A stretch of DNA of 61,861 nucleotides, filler included, from Globobulimina sp. (lineage: Eukaryota), in assembly GCA_003354225.1 (NCBI GenBank). It is 28 parts of 28 records of this genome, joined end to end, with 100 filler letters (N's around TTAATTAATTAA, not from the genome) between each part and the next. Parts side by side here need not be neighbours in the genome. Positions count along the whole stretch, not along the records: positions 33,210 to 35,322 come from PIVH01008889.1; positions 35,423 to 37,534 come from PIVH01008890.1; positions 37,635 to 39,746 come from PIVH01008891.1; positions 39,847 to 41,958 come from PIVH01008892.1; positions 42,059 to 44,170 come from PIVH01008893.1; positions 44,271 to 46,382 come from PIVH01008894.1; 22 more parts are not named here. The stretch is one strand, 5' to 3'. The stretch's first letter is position 1; the number at the start of each line of letters is the position of its first letter. Under the pieces are notes generated by a model that was given only the letters and a program-made list of their open reading frames with translations, was not told where the DNA came from and searched no databases. Made by a program: the position numbers and the translations under genes. Positions 33,386 through 45,369 of this stretch are shown in pieces.

Positions 33386-34957
33386 TTACATATCAACCAG
33401 GATGATTTTTGTATTATGATGTCCTAAATACACCGCTTTGATTGTTTTGCCACCACTTTTATATTCAACAATATCATTAATACAATGCGGCGTCGTAACT
33501 TTGGTGTTGCAATAACATTCATGTTGATTTAAGATTGTATTGTCATACGTGATACATTCATTATATTTATTACTTCCAAATAAATAATGTTTATCGCGTT
33601 CATTTTTACAATGACTTTGTATTAAAACATAACTATGATTGGAACCACAATCAATTTTTTTGACAACATAGTTTTCAAAATATTTTATAAGTTTTGGAAT
33701 ATCGACGTGATTGGTTGATGAATCACCACATTGTCCCAAATGGTTGGCACCCCAACAATACACATTATCATTGCTATCAATGGCCAAATTATGATCTGAT
33801 CCGCAATTTATAGCTTTGATTTTTATATTATTTGTAATAAACCATTGGATCGCAGTTGGTTCATATACATCATTATTATGACCCAGACCTAAACCGCCAT
33901 TTACATTTATACCACAACACCAGACAACACCTTTCGTGTCCAAAAAGATCGTATGATTTCGTCCAGTTTTAATTTGGGTAATATCGCGATCTCGTAACGT
34001 TTTAATCTCTTTCCATCCCCATTTGGTCCGTATTTCACCATACTTATCCCATCGATGTATAAATTCATGTCCGTTGCCTCCATATTTACTGAATTCCGTA
34101 GAATAGACATTATTTATTCTGTAAAACAATACGATTAAAGTGAGCACAACATCTGGTACTTTGATCAGTTTTTCATGTTTTTGTTGCAATCGCGTGCCAG
34201 TCAGCATATGTTTAATGATTGTGGTTATAATGCGGTTATAATTAGATGTACAAAGCGCAACGGAGTAATGTTTCGCACACTGGATGTCAGAAATATATTT
34301 ATTTTTAAAAAACGGTATTAAACAAGGATTCCATATTCGTACAGTCTCATTTAATCCTAACTGTCCATAATCATTGCTGCCATTACCATACACTTCAAAG
34401 TTTTCACTTATCCAAAACACTGACTGTCCGCCGATTGAGACACAGATTTTTTTTATGTCAATGTTATATTTGTTAAAATATTCAATTGCATTACATTTCG
34501 TTGCATCTCTAGCTACATTAAAACCGCATTCGCCATGAGAATTTGCGCCTGCTGCCCAATGATAATTACATTCATATTCACCACTTATATTGGTGTAAAT
34601 TGTAAATTTGTATCCGGAATGAATTGATATATCTTCAGAGTATTCATCTTTTGGTAACGAATTTAAAACTGTCATTGAATCGACATTATCTGTATGACCT
34701 AACCCTAATTCGCCATGTTCGTTATTGCCAACCACAATAATATCAATTGTATCAATTAATTCTGTATAAACAGAATTGCGTTCTACTATGATTGACTCGG
34801 TTCGATCATAATCAAATTGGCTTTCTGTGTTTGTTATCTTTTCCTCATCGAAATCATTTCGTTTACTTTGGCACGCTCCCATTTGGTGGTGTTGACTGTT
34901 GAGTAAAATTGCAGAGGTACTTTGTTTGTCGTTTGAATCATTCAAATATGATTCCAC
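33386..34957 (-). CDS. RCC1-repeat protein with F-box-like insert
   Basis: GNNEHGELGLG, GSNDYGQLGL, INCGSDHNLAID, WGANHLGQCG. Confidence 0.88.
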   Translation of the reverse strand: MESYLNDSNDKQSTSAILLNSQHHQMGACQSKRNDFDEEKITNTESQFDYDRTESIIVERNSVYTELIDTIDIIVVGNNEHGELGLGHTDNVDSMTVLNSLPKDEYSEDISIHSGYKFTIYTNISGEYECNYHWAAGANSHGECGFNVARDATKCNAIEYFNKYNIDIKKICVSIGGQSVFWISENFEVYGNGSNDYGQLGLNETVRIWNPCLIPFFKNKYISDIQCAKHYSVALCTSNYNRIITTIIKHMLTGTRLQQKHEKLIKVPDVVLTLIVLFYRINNVYSTEFSKYGGNGHEFIHRWDKYGEIRTKWGWKEIKTLRDRDITQIKTGRNHTIFLDTKGVVWCCGINVNGGLGLGHNNDVYEPTAIQWFITNNIKIKAINCGSDHNLAIDSNDNVYCWGANHLGQCGDSSTNHVDIPKLIKYFENYVVKKIDCGSNHSYVLIQSHCKNERDKHYLFGSNKYNECITYDNTILNQHECYCNTKVTTPHCINDIVEYKSGGKTIKAVYLGHHNTKIILVDM

Positions 34958-35460
34958 GATATTTGTTCAGAGACGAAAGTAATACAATGTTATCTTAGTA
35001 GTCAGTATCAACAAGAAAACTTTAGCTTGAAGTCTAGTCAAAATCCAAGCACATGATGCATGGCAGCATGAGCTGTTAGGGAATGTTGGTAAATTATAAA
35101 AAGCAGTGGCTAAACAGTAAATATACTGTTTGTCTATTTGTTTTTTCAGAGAAAAACAGTGGAAGTGGATATTGTTTTTTTGATATGTGTTGCAATTTGT
35201 TACAATGTGAAAAATCTGCTTCAACTCCTTTAATGATTTTTGTGGCTATTTTTAAGGTAGATTTAGGCTGACTAGCTTACACTCCATCATGTTCCAGTAA
35301 TCTTAAAGAGGTCGTAAAAGTTNNNNNNNNNNNNNNNNNNNNNNNNNNNNNNNNNNNNNNNNNNNNTTAATTAATTAANNNNNNNNNNNNNNNNNNNNNN
35401 NNNNNNNNNNNNNNNNNNNNNNAAAGTTAAATCAAACAAACAAAAAGCAATGACGGAGCT

Positions 35461-37534
35461 TTAAAAAGTCAGTCCATCCATAAAAGCAGAATGTAACATG
35501 GACGTAGTTTGTAATATAATCTCCGGAATCATATCAATATGCCCCCTTTTATGCACCTGACCCAACGCAAACTTGGCGATATTCCTCGTCTTTGTTTGTT
35601 TCAATGAATACCGAATCGACGATAAAAACTGTGACATAATCTGTGAAGGCAGTATATACTTTTCATGCTGTTTCTCTTTAACCATATCCTCAGTGTACCA
35701 CTTCCAATCCCACGCAAAATGTTCGCTAATCACATCCGGGAACCTCATGGGTTGCGATGCATCAATGCCCGACGAACATAACTTGGCAATCACAGCACAC
35801 ATTTGTTCCAAACAAATACTCGGCTTCGACACCCTCGTTATGTAATGATTGAATACCTGCAACGCCACATAGATCAAATGCAAATTTGTCGACAAATTCG
35901 CCTGATTCAACGGCGGAAACACTAAGTCCCGAATGTGCTTAATATCGCGTTCGGAAATCTTTTTCTTTTGCTTTTTAGACACATTCCCGTTACTTTTCAC
36001 ATTGATTAGCTTTCCCCGCATCACATTGCCATTGGCAGAGCTCTTAAATATCTGCGTCGGCGCAGTGGGATTATTATTGGTCGATGTGGACGACGACTTA
36101 TTTGGTTCGTGGTAAATTGACGGCAAATCCAAATCAGGCATCTCAAACTTAGGGAAAATATTATGATGACAGCTCACGCCGTATTGCTGTGCACTGCTTT
36201 GCGACGCATCGCGATCATAACGTAATAGATCAGAGACGTCCTCATTGCTCTTCATCTCTGTGTTGTTTATCAATCCATACGACAGCTTATCGAATATATT
36301 GCACTCCTTTTTGTATAATGAGAGCAATGCGGCGACCGCACCCGACACACATTTGGGAGGTCTGGTCATGACACACCATATCAAACAGGGAATGAATTGC
36401 AACGCAAATAAGCGCGCGTTCGGGTTTTGTTCGTTGAAGAAGTCGTAGATCCATATACATACAATCTCGTTGTGTTTGGCATCCGTCGCTGACGACAATT
36501 TGTTGCAAATACGAGGGATAAACTCCTTGTCTTTCACCAACTGTTCGTAGATATAATCTTTTTTCTGATCGTCCAGATCCTACAGTGTGTTTTTAGCGTT
36601 TTCAGAAACGGTTTAATTCGTTTTTGGAGTGTACATAATTACGTAACTCTGATATGATCGAGAATTAATTGGATGGCGTGGTCCGATGAGTCGTCGTTTA
36701 AATGCGTTTTGAGAGACATTGGCAGGTTTTTAATATTGGACAAATCCACTTTTTTCTCCTTCTTAAACGCATCAAACACAGACTTTTCTTTCTTTAATTT
36801 CCGGCCTTTCGGCACTTTGGGCGCTAAAATGCCTTTTTTATCCAGTTTAGTTTTGCGTTTTTTCTCCTTTTTATCCACTTCATTCACTTGCGATAATTGA
36901 GGCTGTTGTTCCTTGTCTTTGCCTTTCTTAATCACAGAAAATACCTCTTTTACAGATAACCGTTTATTCAGTGATGGAACAATAGGAACCACATCGTCGT
37001 TATTCTTGCTCTCAACATCGGCGGATTTATTCTTGAGAAACGGCGGTTTTTTATTGTCCTCATTGATAATATCAATCGCAACCTGGTCATCGCCGCCATG
37101 TGCAACATCCGAGAATTTGGTCTCTTCCTCGGCTGCGACGGAAACGTCCACGTCCTCATAAACCACAATGTTCTTCGTAAAGCTCTCCGTCTCCTTCTCC
37201 TTCTCCTTTTTGTTTTTATTCGCTGCGCCTGGTGTCGCCGCAGAGGGAGAGGCCGTATTCGTGTCACCGGTGCCATGCGAGAAGGATCGCGTGGCTCTAT
37301 CAAAAGGTTTGTATACTACATCGAAATCGGTGTCCAATGTGATTTGTCGCTGTGATTGGTGCAAGGGAATGGATATGGGATTGACAGCGGATGCGCGGGG
37401 TTGGCTCATTCGAGCGGCAGAGGGTAGATCTAAATCATCTTTTGATGAGTATATCGGATATAAATGGCGAAGTGTAGGCGATTCCGGAGCGTGCACAATG
37501 TTATCGTTGCCTTGATCGTCTGTTTTGGTCTCTA
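35461..37534 (-). CDS. hyccin (FAM126) homolog with a long disordered N-terminus; intron 36580-36647; 5'-partial
   Basis: FALQFIPCLIW, AALLSLY..E, FEMPDLDLPSIYHEP; 68-nt GTTACG...CTGTAG intron joins the two ORFs in phase 0. Confidence 0.78.
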
Positions 37535-37799
37535 NNNNNNNNNNNNNNNNNNNNNNNNNNNNNNNNNNNNNNNNNNNNTTAATTAATTAANNNNNNNNNN
37601 NNNNNNNNNNNNNNNNNNNNNNNNNNNNNNNNNNTTTTCATTGTTTGGATCAATTGTTATTGTTTGTTGTCCATCAAATGGTAATAATGATAAATATGAC
37701 GACGAATGTTGATGTTTTATTGTTGTATTCGTTTTAGACAATTTATTTTGTTTAAAATCATTATAATTTATATCCAATAATTTATTTGACTTTGCATAG

Positions 37800-38591
37800 G
37801 AATGTTTAAGTTGTTGTTTTGATTGTAAATGGCTGAGCGACTTTGCGAATGAAGAAGAGATATTTTTTATTGGTGGGATGAATAAGTTTACGTTCAAAAC
37901 AATAATCGAAGCTCCAAAATCAAAGAATTTCGAATTGTATATCACAGCATTGAAGCAAATGACTTTCAACATGTCCCGCGGCGGTGACTTTACTTTGAAT
38001 CCAGCTAAAACAGACGAGGAGAAACAAATTGTTTTTCGATTGTTATCACATGAATTACATAGATATTATCCGGAGCATCCACAAGCATTCGAATTCAAAA
38101 GTTGTCCGGGATACTTTAAGCAAATATTGCATCAGCATTGCAAGAGCATGAAAGTCATTTCTTTTGGCAAAGAGTTGAAGAAAGGGCCTAGAAGTAAAGT
38201 ACATGAATATTTATTCAAATATGATAACGGATGGATTAGGTTAGAATTAATATTAACATTGTTTCCAAATATAGAAGAGATTGGATTTGACGCATCATTG
38301 AAGGATATCTCGTTTGTTCTAAAGCCATTCATTTATAACTCGATTGTGTCATTTTTGGGGAATGTTTCAAATGCAAAGTTACAATGTATTCGAATTCATA
38401 TAAATGATGTTGATGACGCAGAGTTACATCAAGTCGGAAAGTATGTTGCTTTGTACCAACAATCGTTTGCAACGTATTTATGGAAGATTCATATCGTTGT
38501 AGTTGATAATGTGTATGATATACCTGACGAGTTGCCAGGGTCCGAGATTCGAGCAGTTGCAATCACTATGGAAACAATAAAAAGAAGTTAA
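37800..38591 (+). CDS. terminal exon of a protein with an ADP-ribosyltransferase-like ExE motif
   Basis: frame opens after TTTGCATAG and reads FDCKWLSDFANEEEIFFIGG. Confidence 0.45.
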   Translation, partial: ECLSCCFDCKWLSDFANEEEIFFIGGMNKFTFKTIIEAPKSKNFELYITALKQMTFNMSRGGDFTLNPAKTDEEKQIVFRLLSHELHRYYPEHPQAFEFKSCPGYFKQILHQHCKSMKVISFGKELKKGPRSKVHEYLFKYDNGWIRLELILTLFPNIEEIGFDASLKDISFVLKPFIYNSIVSFLGNVSNAKLQCIRIHINDVDDAELHQVGKYVALYQQSFATYLWKIHIVVVDNVYDIPDELPGSEIRAVAITMETIKRS

Positions 38592-38602
38592 TGATATAAA
38601 AT

Positions 38603-39746
38603 TTAGCAATATAAGCATTTTTGTTTCTTGTTTAATATTAGGACAGACATAGCAAAACAACAAATTGTTCCCAAAACAATTAATATTATACCGACAGATA
38701 ACGCAACCACTTCACTACAATCAATAGAATGCGTAACTAATAAAATCCCAACTAGTAATATTGCAATACAACACATAAAACAGTTAAAACAGTAACACAA
38801 TTGATCAACAGTTAAATTATTGTCTCCGACAGGACTTAAATATTCCACAACTTGCATATGATTATGTTTCTTCGCATAATCAATCGGTAGCATACCGTAT
38901 GAATACACCCGAACAGCAGCCTTATATCTTTCAACTAAACCTATGACAGAATCTAAATCTCCATTGGCAGCGACGCAATGTAACAGCACAATATTATCAA
39001 ATAATATTCCAGGATAATTTGGGTTTGCTCCATTTTCAACTAAATACATTGCACAATCAAGACATTTTTGTTCCTCACTGAATAAATAGGCATCAATGCA
39101 ATATGATAATGCAGTGTGATGGTATCGATCCTCCGCATTTACATCAGGTGCATGACATTGATTTAATAGGATTTGAAGGCATTTAAGGGATCCAATGTTG
39201 GCTGCTTCCATCATGGCAGTACGACCTATTTTATCCCTGGCATTAATTTGGGAACCATTTGATAACAAAAATTCACAGAATCCTGGTTGATTATTTGCAG
39301 CTGCGTGATGTAAAGGTGTTGCACCATCAAATTCTAATCTTTTATTGATCATTTTATCACGGTCCATGTTATTATACTCAATTAATAATTGAGCAATATC
39401 CACAAATCCATTCATAGCGCATAAAATCATCATTGATGTCTGACCCAAAACTAAAGGAATTGTTGATTTGTAATTTGCAGATTGTTTTAATGCTTGGTCA
39501 GCTTCAGATAAATTGCCAGCACAGCACGCATAATATAATCTGTCACGGTGTACATATATATATTTGAGTTCTTAGTATTTTGAAGATATATTTGCGTATG
39601 AAAAAAATATACCTCTCATCTGGATGTAAATAATAATTTTGAACTAATGTGTATATTGGTGCCGGCACAGTTGTATATAGCAGAAATTGTCTGTCCATTT
39701 GATTGATATACGCCAAAACCACCAATTGATAGTTCGTTGGTGTAAG
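38603..39746 (-). CDS. ankyrin-repeat protein with F-box-like N-terminal motif and two C-terminal TM helices; intron 39540-39612
   Basis: GATPLHHAA, GRTAMMEAA, TALSYC ankyrin repeats; 73-nt GT-AG intron keeps frame. Confidence 0.85.
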
Positions 39747-39846
39747 NNNNNNNNNNNNNNNNNNNNNNNNNNNNNNNNNNNNNNNNNNNNTTAATTAATT
39801 AANNNNNNNNNNNNNNNNNNNNNNNNNNNNNNNNNNNNNNNNNNNN

Positions 39847-41100
39847 GAACAGGAGGCGTACGTTTTTACCAAAGGGAGAGGATTCAGCACACAAAAAATC
39901 AAAAAAAGGATCAAAAAAAGCCACAAAAAAAAGAAAAAGAACAAAAAACACAAAAAAAAGTCATTTTCGTGGAATTCAATGGACGGCATTGACGCATTAA
40001 ACACCGACAACAACAAAAACAGCCACAACCACAACGATGATGATGATGTAGAAATGAGTGAAATAAGTCGTATTTTGGAACGTAAAAAACGGTTTGAATC
40101 CAAACAACAGGAAAATAAAAACAAAAACAAACACAAAAAAAGCAAAAAACATACCTCAAATATTTCCGTCGGCGCCTTAAGCCGCGACATGCAGCAATTA
40201 ATGGAGTGGCACAACAAACGCGTACAAGGCACCTGCACCAAAGTGGAAAAAGACTATTTTCGCTTAACCTGCGAACCAAACCCATCCGAGGTACGCACAT
40301 TGGACACAATGAAGAAGGCATTTAGTTTACTAATGATTCGCTGGAAAACCAAAAACAAGAAACGCGACTATTTATATGTCGGTGGACAGTTTAAATCGTT
40401 GCGACAGGATTTACGCGTACAACACATACGGAATGGATTCAGTGTCGGTGTGTATGAGGAAAATGCGAGGATATGCTTAGAAGTCGGCGATTTAAGCGAA
40501 TACAATCAATGTCAGGGACAGTTAAAGGAATTATATGCCGAAATGGAAGCATTTGCAAACAATTATATTGAATTTTTGTCGTATCGCTTGTTGTACGAAG
40601 CTGTGACCAAAAACTTTGACGCAGTGTCGAGAATCACTAAAATCGAAAAGCAACATTGTAGGAACAAAGAGATTGTCAATACATTGAAGATTATTGATGC
40701 CATTCAACGGACAGATTATTATCACTTTTTTAAGATTTACAATGTGTTGAGATACCATGGACAATGCATCATAAATCAGATCATTTACAAAATACGGTAT
40801 CAGACCTTGTGTCGTATCGCAGTGAGTTACTGTCCCTCGACCTATCCAATCAAAAAATTAATAAAAACCATTGGCTTTAAGAATGAGAAGGAATGCATTC
40901 AATACTTGCGGAATACAGGATGTGTATTGCAGAGAATGGAGAAAAAACTGGTGTTGAATTGTAAAGCATCGCGTGGCAAAATAAAGGAATTTATACCAAA
41001 ATCGGAAGATGATGAATTGGGAGTGACTCATGGCTCGGTGTATCATTCTAAAAATCAAGATGAAACAATAAGTATTGTTAACTTTTTGAGAAAAACTTAA
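39847..41100 (+). CDS. LENG8: SAC3/GANP/THP3 family protein (LENG8-like), 5'-partial
   Basis: GTC..VEKDYFRLT.EP.PSEVR, QFKSLRQDLRVQHI, VYEENARICLE.GD..EYNQCQ. Confidence 0.9.
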   Translation, partial: EQEAYVFTKGRGFSTQKIKKRIKKSHKKKKKNKKHKKKSFSWNSMDGIDALNTDNNKNSHNHNDDDDVEMSEISRILERKKRFESKQQENKNKNKHKKSKKHTSNISVGALSRDMQQLMEWHNKRVQGTCTKVEKDYFRLTCEPNPSEVRTLDTMKKAFSLLMIRWKTKNKKRDYLYVGGQFKSLRQDLRVQHIRNGFSVGVYEENARICLEVGDLSEYNQCQGQLKELYAEMEAFANNYIEFLSYRLLYEAVTKNFDAVSRITKIEKQHCRNKEIVNTLKIIDAIQRTDYYHFFKIYNVLRYHGQCIINQIIYKIRYQTLCRIAVSYCPSTYPIKKLIKTIGFKNEKECIQYLRNTGCVLQRMEKKLVLNCKASRGKIKEFIPKSEDDELGVTHGSVYHSKNQDETISIVNFLRKT

Positions 41101-41164
41101 TATATCGACTTGTAATTGTTATTTAATATTGCACTCATTATTGTAAACGTTATATTATTTTTGG

Positions 41165-41360
41165 TTGTCCAATTTCCATATCCATCATTGTCTCCGTCAT
41201 TACAGATTGGAGAAGTGCATGAAGATGTGTCAAAAGAGAGACAATCAACAGAGCAGATTAGTGTTCCTCCAGTATATCCATGACTTATACAGTCCTCTGA
41301 ATTTAGGTTATTATTATCGCATACTTCATTTCCCTCTAGGATATCATTACCACAAAAAGG
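41165..41360 (-). other. prokaryote-type Cys-rich surface-protein repeat fragment
   Basis: reads FCGNDILEGNEVCDNNNLNSEDCISHGYTGGTLICSVDCLSFDTSSCTSPICNDGDNDGYG; not in the ORF track. Confidence 0.6.
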
Positions 41361-41920
41361 GCATGGCGGTGGTCTTCAGATACTACCGATGCTCTAGGAT
41401 GGTTGACATTGCACCAGCCCAGAAAGGGGGGGCATGGGACAGGTTAGAATGTGGCATGATCCTGCCAGCTGTCTCTGGGTGGGATTACTCTCACCATGCC
41501 ACAGGGGCCAAGAACAGGTGGAAGTGTAAGTTCTGCACACAGCTCTGGAAGGGAGAACAGGGGTGCATGCTGGAAATCTTTGACGGCGTCTCGGTCCTGC
41601 ACATCTTCCTGGACACTGCTCCGTCAAAAGAGTACTCGGTGTGGCAGAAGGATCGCATCAAGCTTTACCGCAAGTTTGAGCCCACGGGGGCGCTCCTGGA
41701 CGCAGCTCCCCGCAGAATCGAAGGAATCACGCCGACAAGGATCCGTCTTCAAGGGGAGGCCTCCAATGCCATGTGGCGCATTATTCTGAATGGAACCCTC
41801 TCCAGGGGAATGGAAGATCTCCTCACAGGTGTCCAAATGGAAATGGAAGCAGAGGCAAAGGCTCTTCTAGAGGCGCACAGGAGCCTCCCGAGGATGCCAA
41901 CAGATGCGAGACTGGTGTGA
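41361..41920 (+). CDS. GC-rich coding fragment of different origin, with CxxC motif
   Basis: abrupt GC increase; WKCKFC motif. Confidence 0.35.
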
Positions 41921-42109
41921 GACGGACGCCTTAGCTCCAGCCCACTCCTTGTCGAATANNNNNNNNNNNNNNNNNNNNNNNNNNNNNNNNNNNNNNNNNN
42001 NNTTAATTAATTAANNNNNNNNNNNNNNNNNNNNNNNNNNNNNNNNNNNNNNNNNNNNAACTTTACAAGTACTAAGTGTGTCTTGTTGATTTAGTTTTGA
42101 ATATTTACA

Positions 42110-43408
42110 ATGATTTCATTGCTCCTTTTCCAGATTTCATTGGCGACTGCCGTGACTATATTACATTGTAATGACAAGACAGACGAGTGTTTATTGTCCA
42201 AACTGAAAATTACTAATTTGAAGCAAGAGATCATTTTGAATTCATACAATATATTAAACAATGAATACATGGACAATGCTTTAATATGGATGTACCCATT
42301 AACATTTTTCTCAAATTCATTTATGCAACAAATAACAAGTAAAAAACAGCCAACAAATGGTGATTTTAGAGACTCATTCTACGATAACTATATAAAAATG
42401 AATAATCTTACACTAATACTGCATATTAATGGTACTCAATCTGATGTAGATGTGAACACTCAATATATAAAGCATATTATTGCAAAATACAGATTTGACG
42501 GATTTACCTATACTGATAATATTAATGCAACTAATCCACCAACAAAGAACAACCGAATGTTATTAGGCGATCCATCCGATTCTTTAACATTTGATATTTT
42601 GAATCAACATACATGGGATGAATACGATTGGTTCTTATATGCATTTGGCATGTTTTTATTTGGTTCATTCTGTCTATTTTGTGGCTGGTGCTGTCATAAA
42701 GAATACATTGTTGATAAAATTGTCCAAGATACAGACATCGAACAATTTAAAACACCGATATCTCCATCATACAATGATAACGGTGAGGAAAAAAAATATT
42801 CTTTTGCTGGGTTTAATATTTTTGGTGAAAAAATCCAATACAATGAATATACGCATCGTATACCAATACCATCACAAACAGATAACAGCAACGCATATAC
42901 ACCAACATTACACTCGGTAACTGTTCAAAATCTAAGTATAGCAGATTCACAAGTGTCTGATACTGATTTCAATACATCACAGACCAATGCAACAACAGCA
43001 CCGGTGATATACGAGACTGACAATGCAGTTGTACAAGTTTTAAATCCTAAATCAATGCCACCGCCACTGCAACCACCACTTATTACGTTACCATCAAAAG
43101 AGACAAACATTGTACCAAAATATAAATCTGTTAATCCTAATCTGAAATCACCACAAACTGCAGGTGTGGCCTCACCTGATTCTGCGGAACCATCTGAATC
43201 TCATGTAATCGTAGAAATGTTTCTGAAAAGAATGACTTCTGCTGGATCAGATTCAGAGAATCGAAATTCACGTTCTCCGATTAACAAAGATTTAAAGTAT
43301 ACAGGTAATGATTTATCACCCATCGGATTAGAAGTTATTGCTGAAGCTAATGAAAATACAGCGGTGTCGTCCCCAAGCTGTTCTGATCAAATACCTAATT
43401 CAATATAA
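42110..43408 (+). CDS. single-pass type I membrane protein
   Basis: signal peptide, TM helix WFLYAFGMFLFGSFCLFCGWCC, Ser/Pro-rich tail. Confidence 0.7.
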   Translation: MISLLLFQISLATAVTILHCNDKTDECLLSKLKITNLKQEIILNSYNILNNEYMDNALIWMYPLTFFSNSFMQQITSKKQPTNGDFRDSFYDNYIKMNNLTLILHINGTQSDVDVNTQYIKHIIAKYRFDGFTYTDNINATNPPTKNNRMLLGDPSDSLTFDILNQHTWDEYDWFLYAFGMFLFGSFCLFCGWCCHKEYIVDKIVQDTDIEQFKTPISPSYNDNGEEKKYSFAGFNIFGEKIQYNEYTHRIPIPSQTDNSNAYTPTLHSVTVQNLSIADSQVSDTDFNTSQTNATTAPVIYETDNAVVQVLNPKSMPPPLQPPLITLPSKETNIVPKYKSVNPNLKSPQTAGVASPDSAEPSESHVIVEMFLKRMTSAGSDSENRNSRSPINKDLKYTGNDLSPIGLEVIAEANENTAVSSPSCSDQIPNSI

Positions 43409-43628
43409 TTGTTTTTCTTTTTACCTCAATCCCTTACAATTTATCTCAATCTTGCAATTTTACCTATTTTCCAGAACGTTTAAATTATGTAATTTTATTT
43501 TTTGTGTTTTGTGATTATTGAATTATTTGTTTTTGAATGTAGTGATTGGAATTTGGTAAAGTTTCTTCGTGATCTATTTATAAAACTCATCGTTTAGTTG
43601 TTTACTCAATTTACTTGGGTCTAGTATA

Positions 43629-44170
43629 ATGGCAGCCAATAAGGCAATAATAACTCTTTTAACATCAGAAGACTTTGTAATTGGCGCACAAGTAATGGTC
43701 CATTCATTAATAACAAGTAATCCACGTGTTAAAGAATTAGAAAATATTACAATTGGGGTGATGGTAACAAAACACATCAGTGACGACAGCAGACAGTTAT
43801 TATTATTGTCAGGGTTCGATGTTGTAATTGAAGTCGATTATATTCCAAATCCAAATTGTCGATCATCAGTTCATGTATCAAATTGGTTGGATGTTGGCTT
43901 TACAAAATTACGTATTTGGTCATTAATTGAATACTGCCAAATATTATTTATTGATGCAGATTGTGTGATTATTTCAGATATTTTACATTTATTAATTGAC
44001 AATAAATATTCAAATGTTTCATTTGCAGCATCACCGGACATATTTCCGCCGGATAATTTTAATGCGGGCGTTATGTTAATCAGACCAAATCCAAACATAT
44101 TTAACATTTTATTACAGGAAATGTCATATATCGCATCATATGATGGCGGTGATACTGGTTTCTTGAATAA
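43629..44170 (+). CDS. glycosyltransferase family 8, glycogenin-like, 3'-partial
   Basis: FTKLRIWSL.EY, FIDAD, PDIFPPDNFNAGV, SYDGGDTGFLN. Confidence 0.9.
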
Positions 44171-45369
44171 NNNNNNNNNNNNNNNNNNNNNNNNNNNNNN
44201 NNNNNNNNNNNNNNTTAATTAATTAANNNNNNNNNNNNNNNNNNNNNNNNNNNNNNNNNNNNNNNNNNNNATGTATAAATATACATCAATATTATGCAGT
44301 TTAAAACAAGAAGAAAGCTGCAAGTGATATTAACTTGAGACAAAACATATTTGGATTGGTTTGCGTCAACATCATTCCTTATTAACACCTCTTTCCAAAT
44401 ATGCAATATTAAGATACTCAGTAGTTATCATCTTACTTTCTTCTTTTTTTTTCGATTACAATGATGAATCAAAAAAAGATAACAATTATTTGCATTTTGT
44501 GTTTCTCAATAGTGAATAGGCATAAATTTATGATTGACTCAAAAAGGCACCATTTGTGCTCAAGGATGCAGCTATCGGAATAAATCAGACAATTTAAAGA
44601 TGTTGCGCAAAAACGTTTTAGTAAACTAGTTGTAGTGATATCGGAAAAAACACAAAAATCAATAAAAAATAGAAATAATAATCTAATCTCCTTCAGAATG
44701 TGGAGAGAGGTAGCTAAGGACAGCTATATGATGAGAAATAAATTGCTCACACACAAGTGTCTATAGCGCGATCATCGAAATGCATCCATCAATTTCAAAA
44801 GCGATAGAAATAATGAATAAACATTCAAAAGCGGTGTATTTAGAATGATAAAATCATTCCGTACGTAGCCTCACGCTCAACAGAGCTCTGCTCACTATCA
44901 ACGATATAAATATCTTTCTTCATCATCAGGAGTTTTTAGGGGGTTGTTTCGAAGACTTGTGATTAAGAATATTTCCTATAGAAATGATCCTGTACAAGTA
45001 TTTCCTTAAAGAATAATATTTTCTCATTTGCTAACTCCACTTTCCTGCCATTCCCATCAAATATCTATAATTAAATTCCATGCAAATCAATTCCATTTAT
45101 GGTACGGTAGGTACCGGTATTATATCCAATTCAGTTCAGTTCAGTTCCAATCACAATTAAATAACTCACTTAATGCTGCTCCATCTGATCTGATCTGATC
45201 GATCTATTATGTGTGTTTCAGTGTTGAGTGTGCCATGAGTGCCATGCTCAGATCAGATGAATTTAATTTAATGTTTGACTGTTTTGTTTTTGAGTAAAAA
45301 ATAAATGTACGAACACAAAACACAAATTTAATTACAAATTGTTGATGCAAAAAAAAATAAACTTTGTGT

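Noticed and set aside
41165-41920. Single 251-aa protein
   Set aside because: Spans a compositional junction; its first part is the antisense of a Cys-repeat fragment
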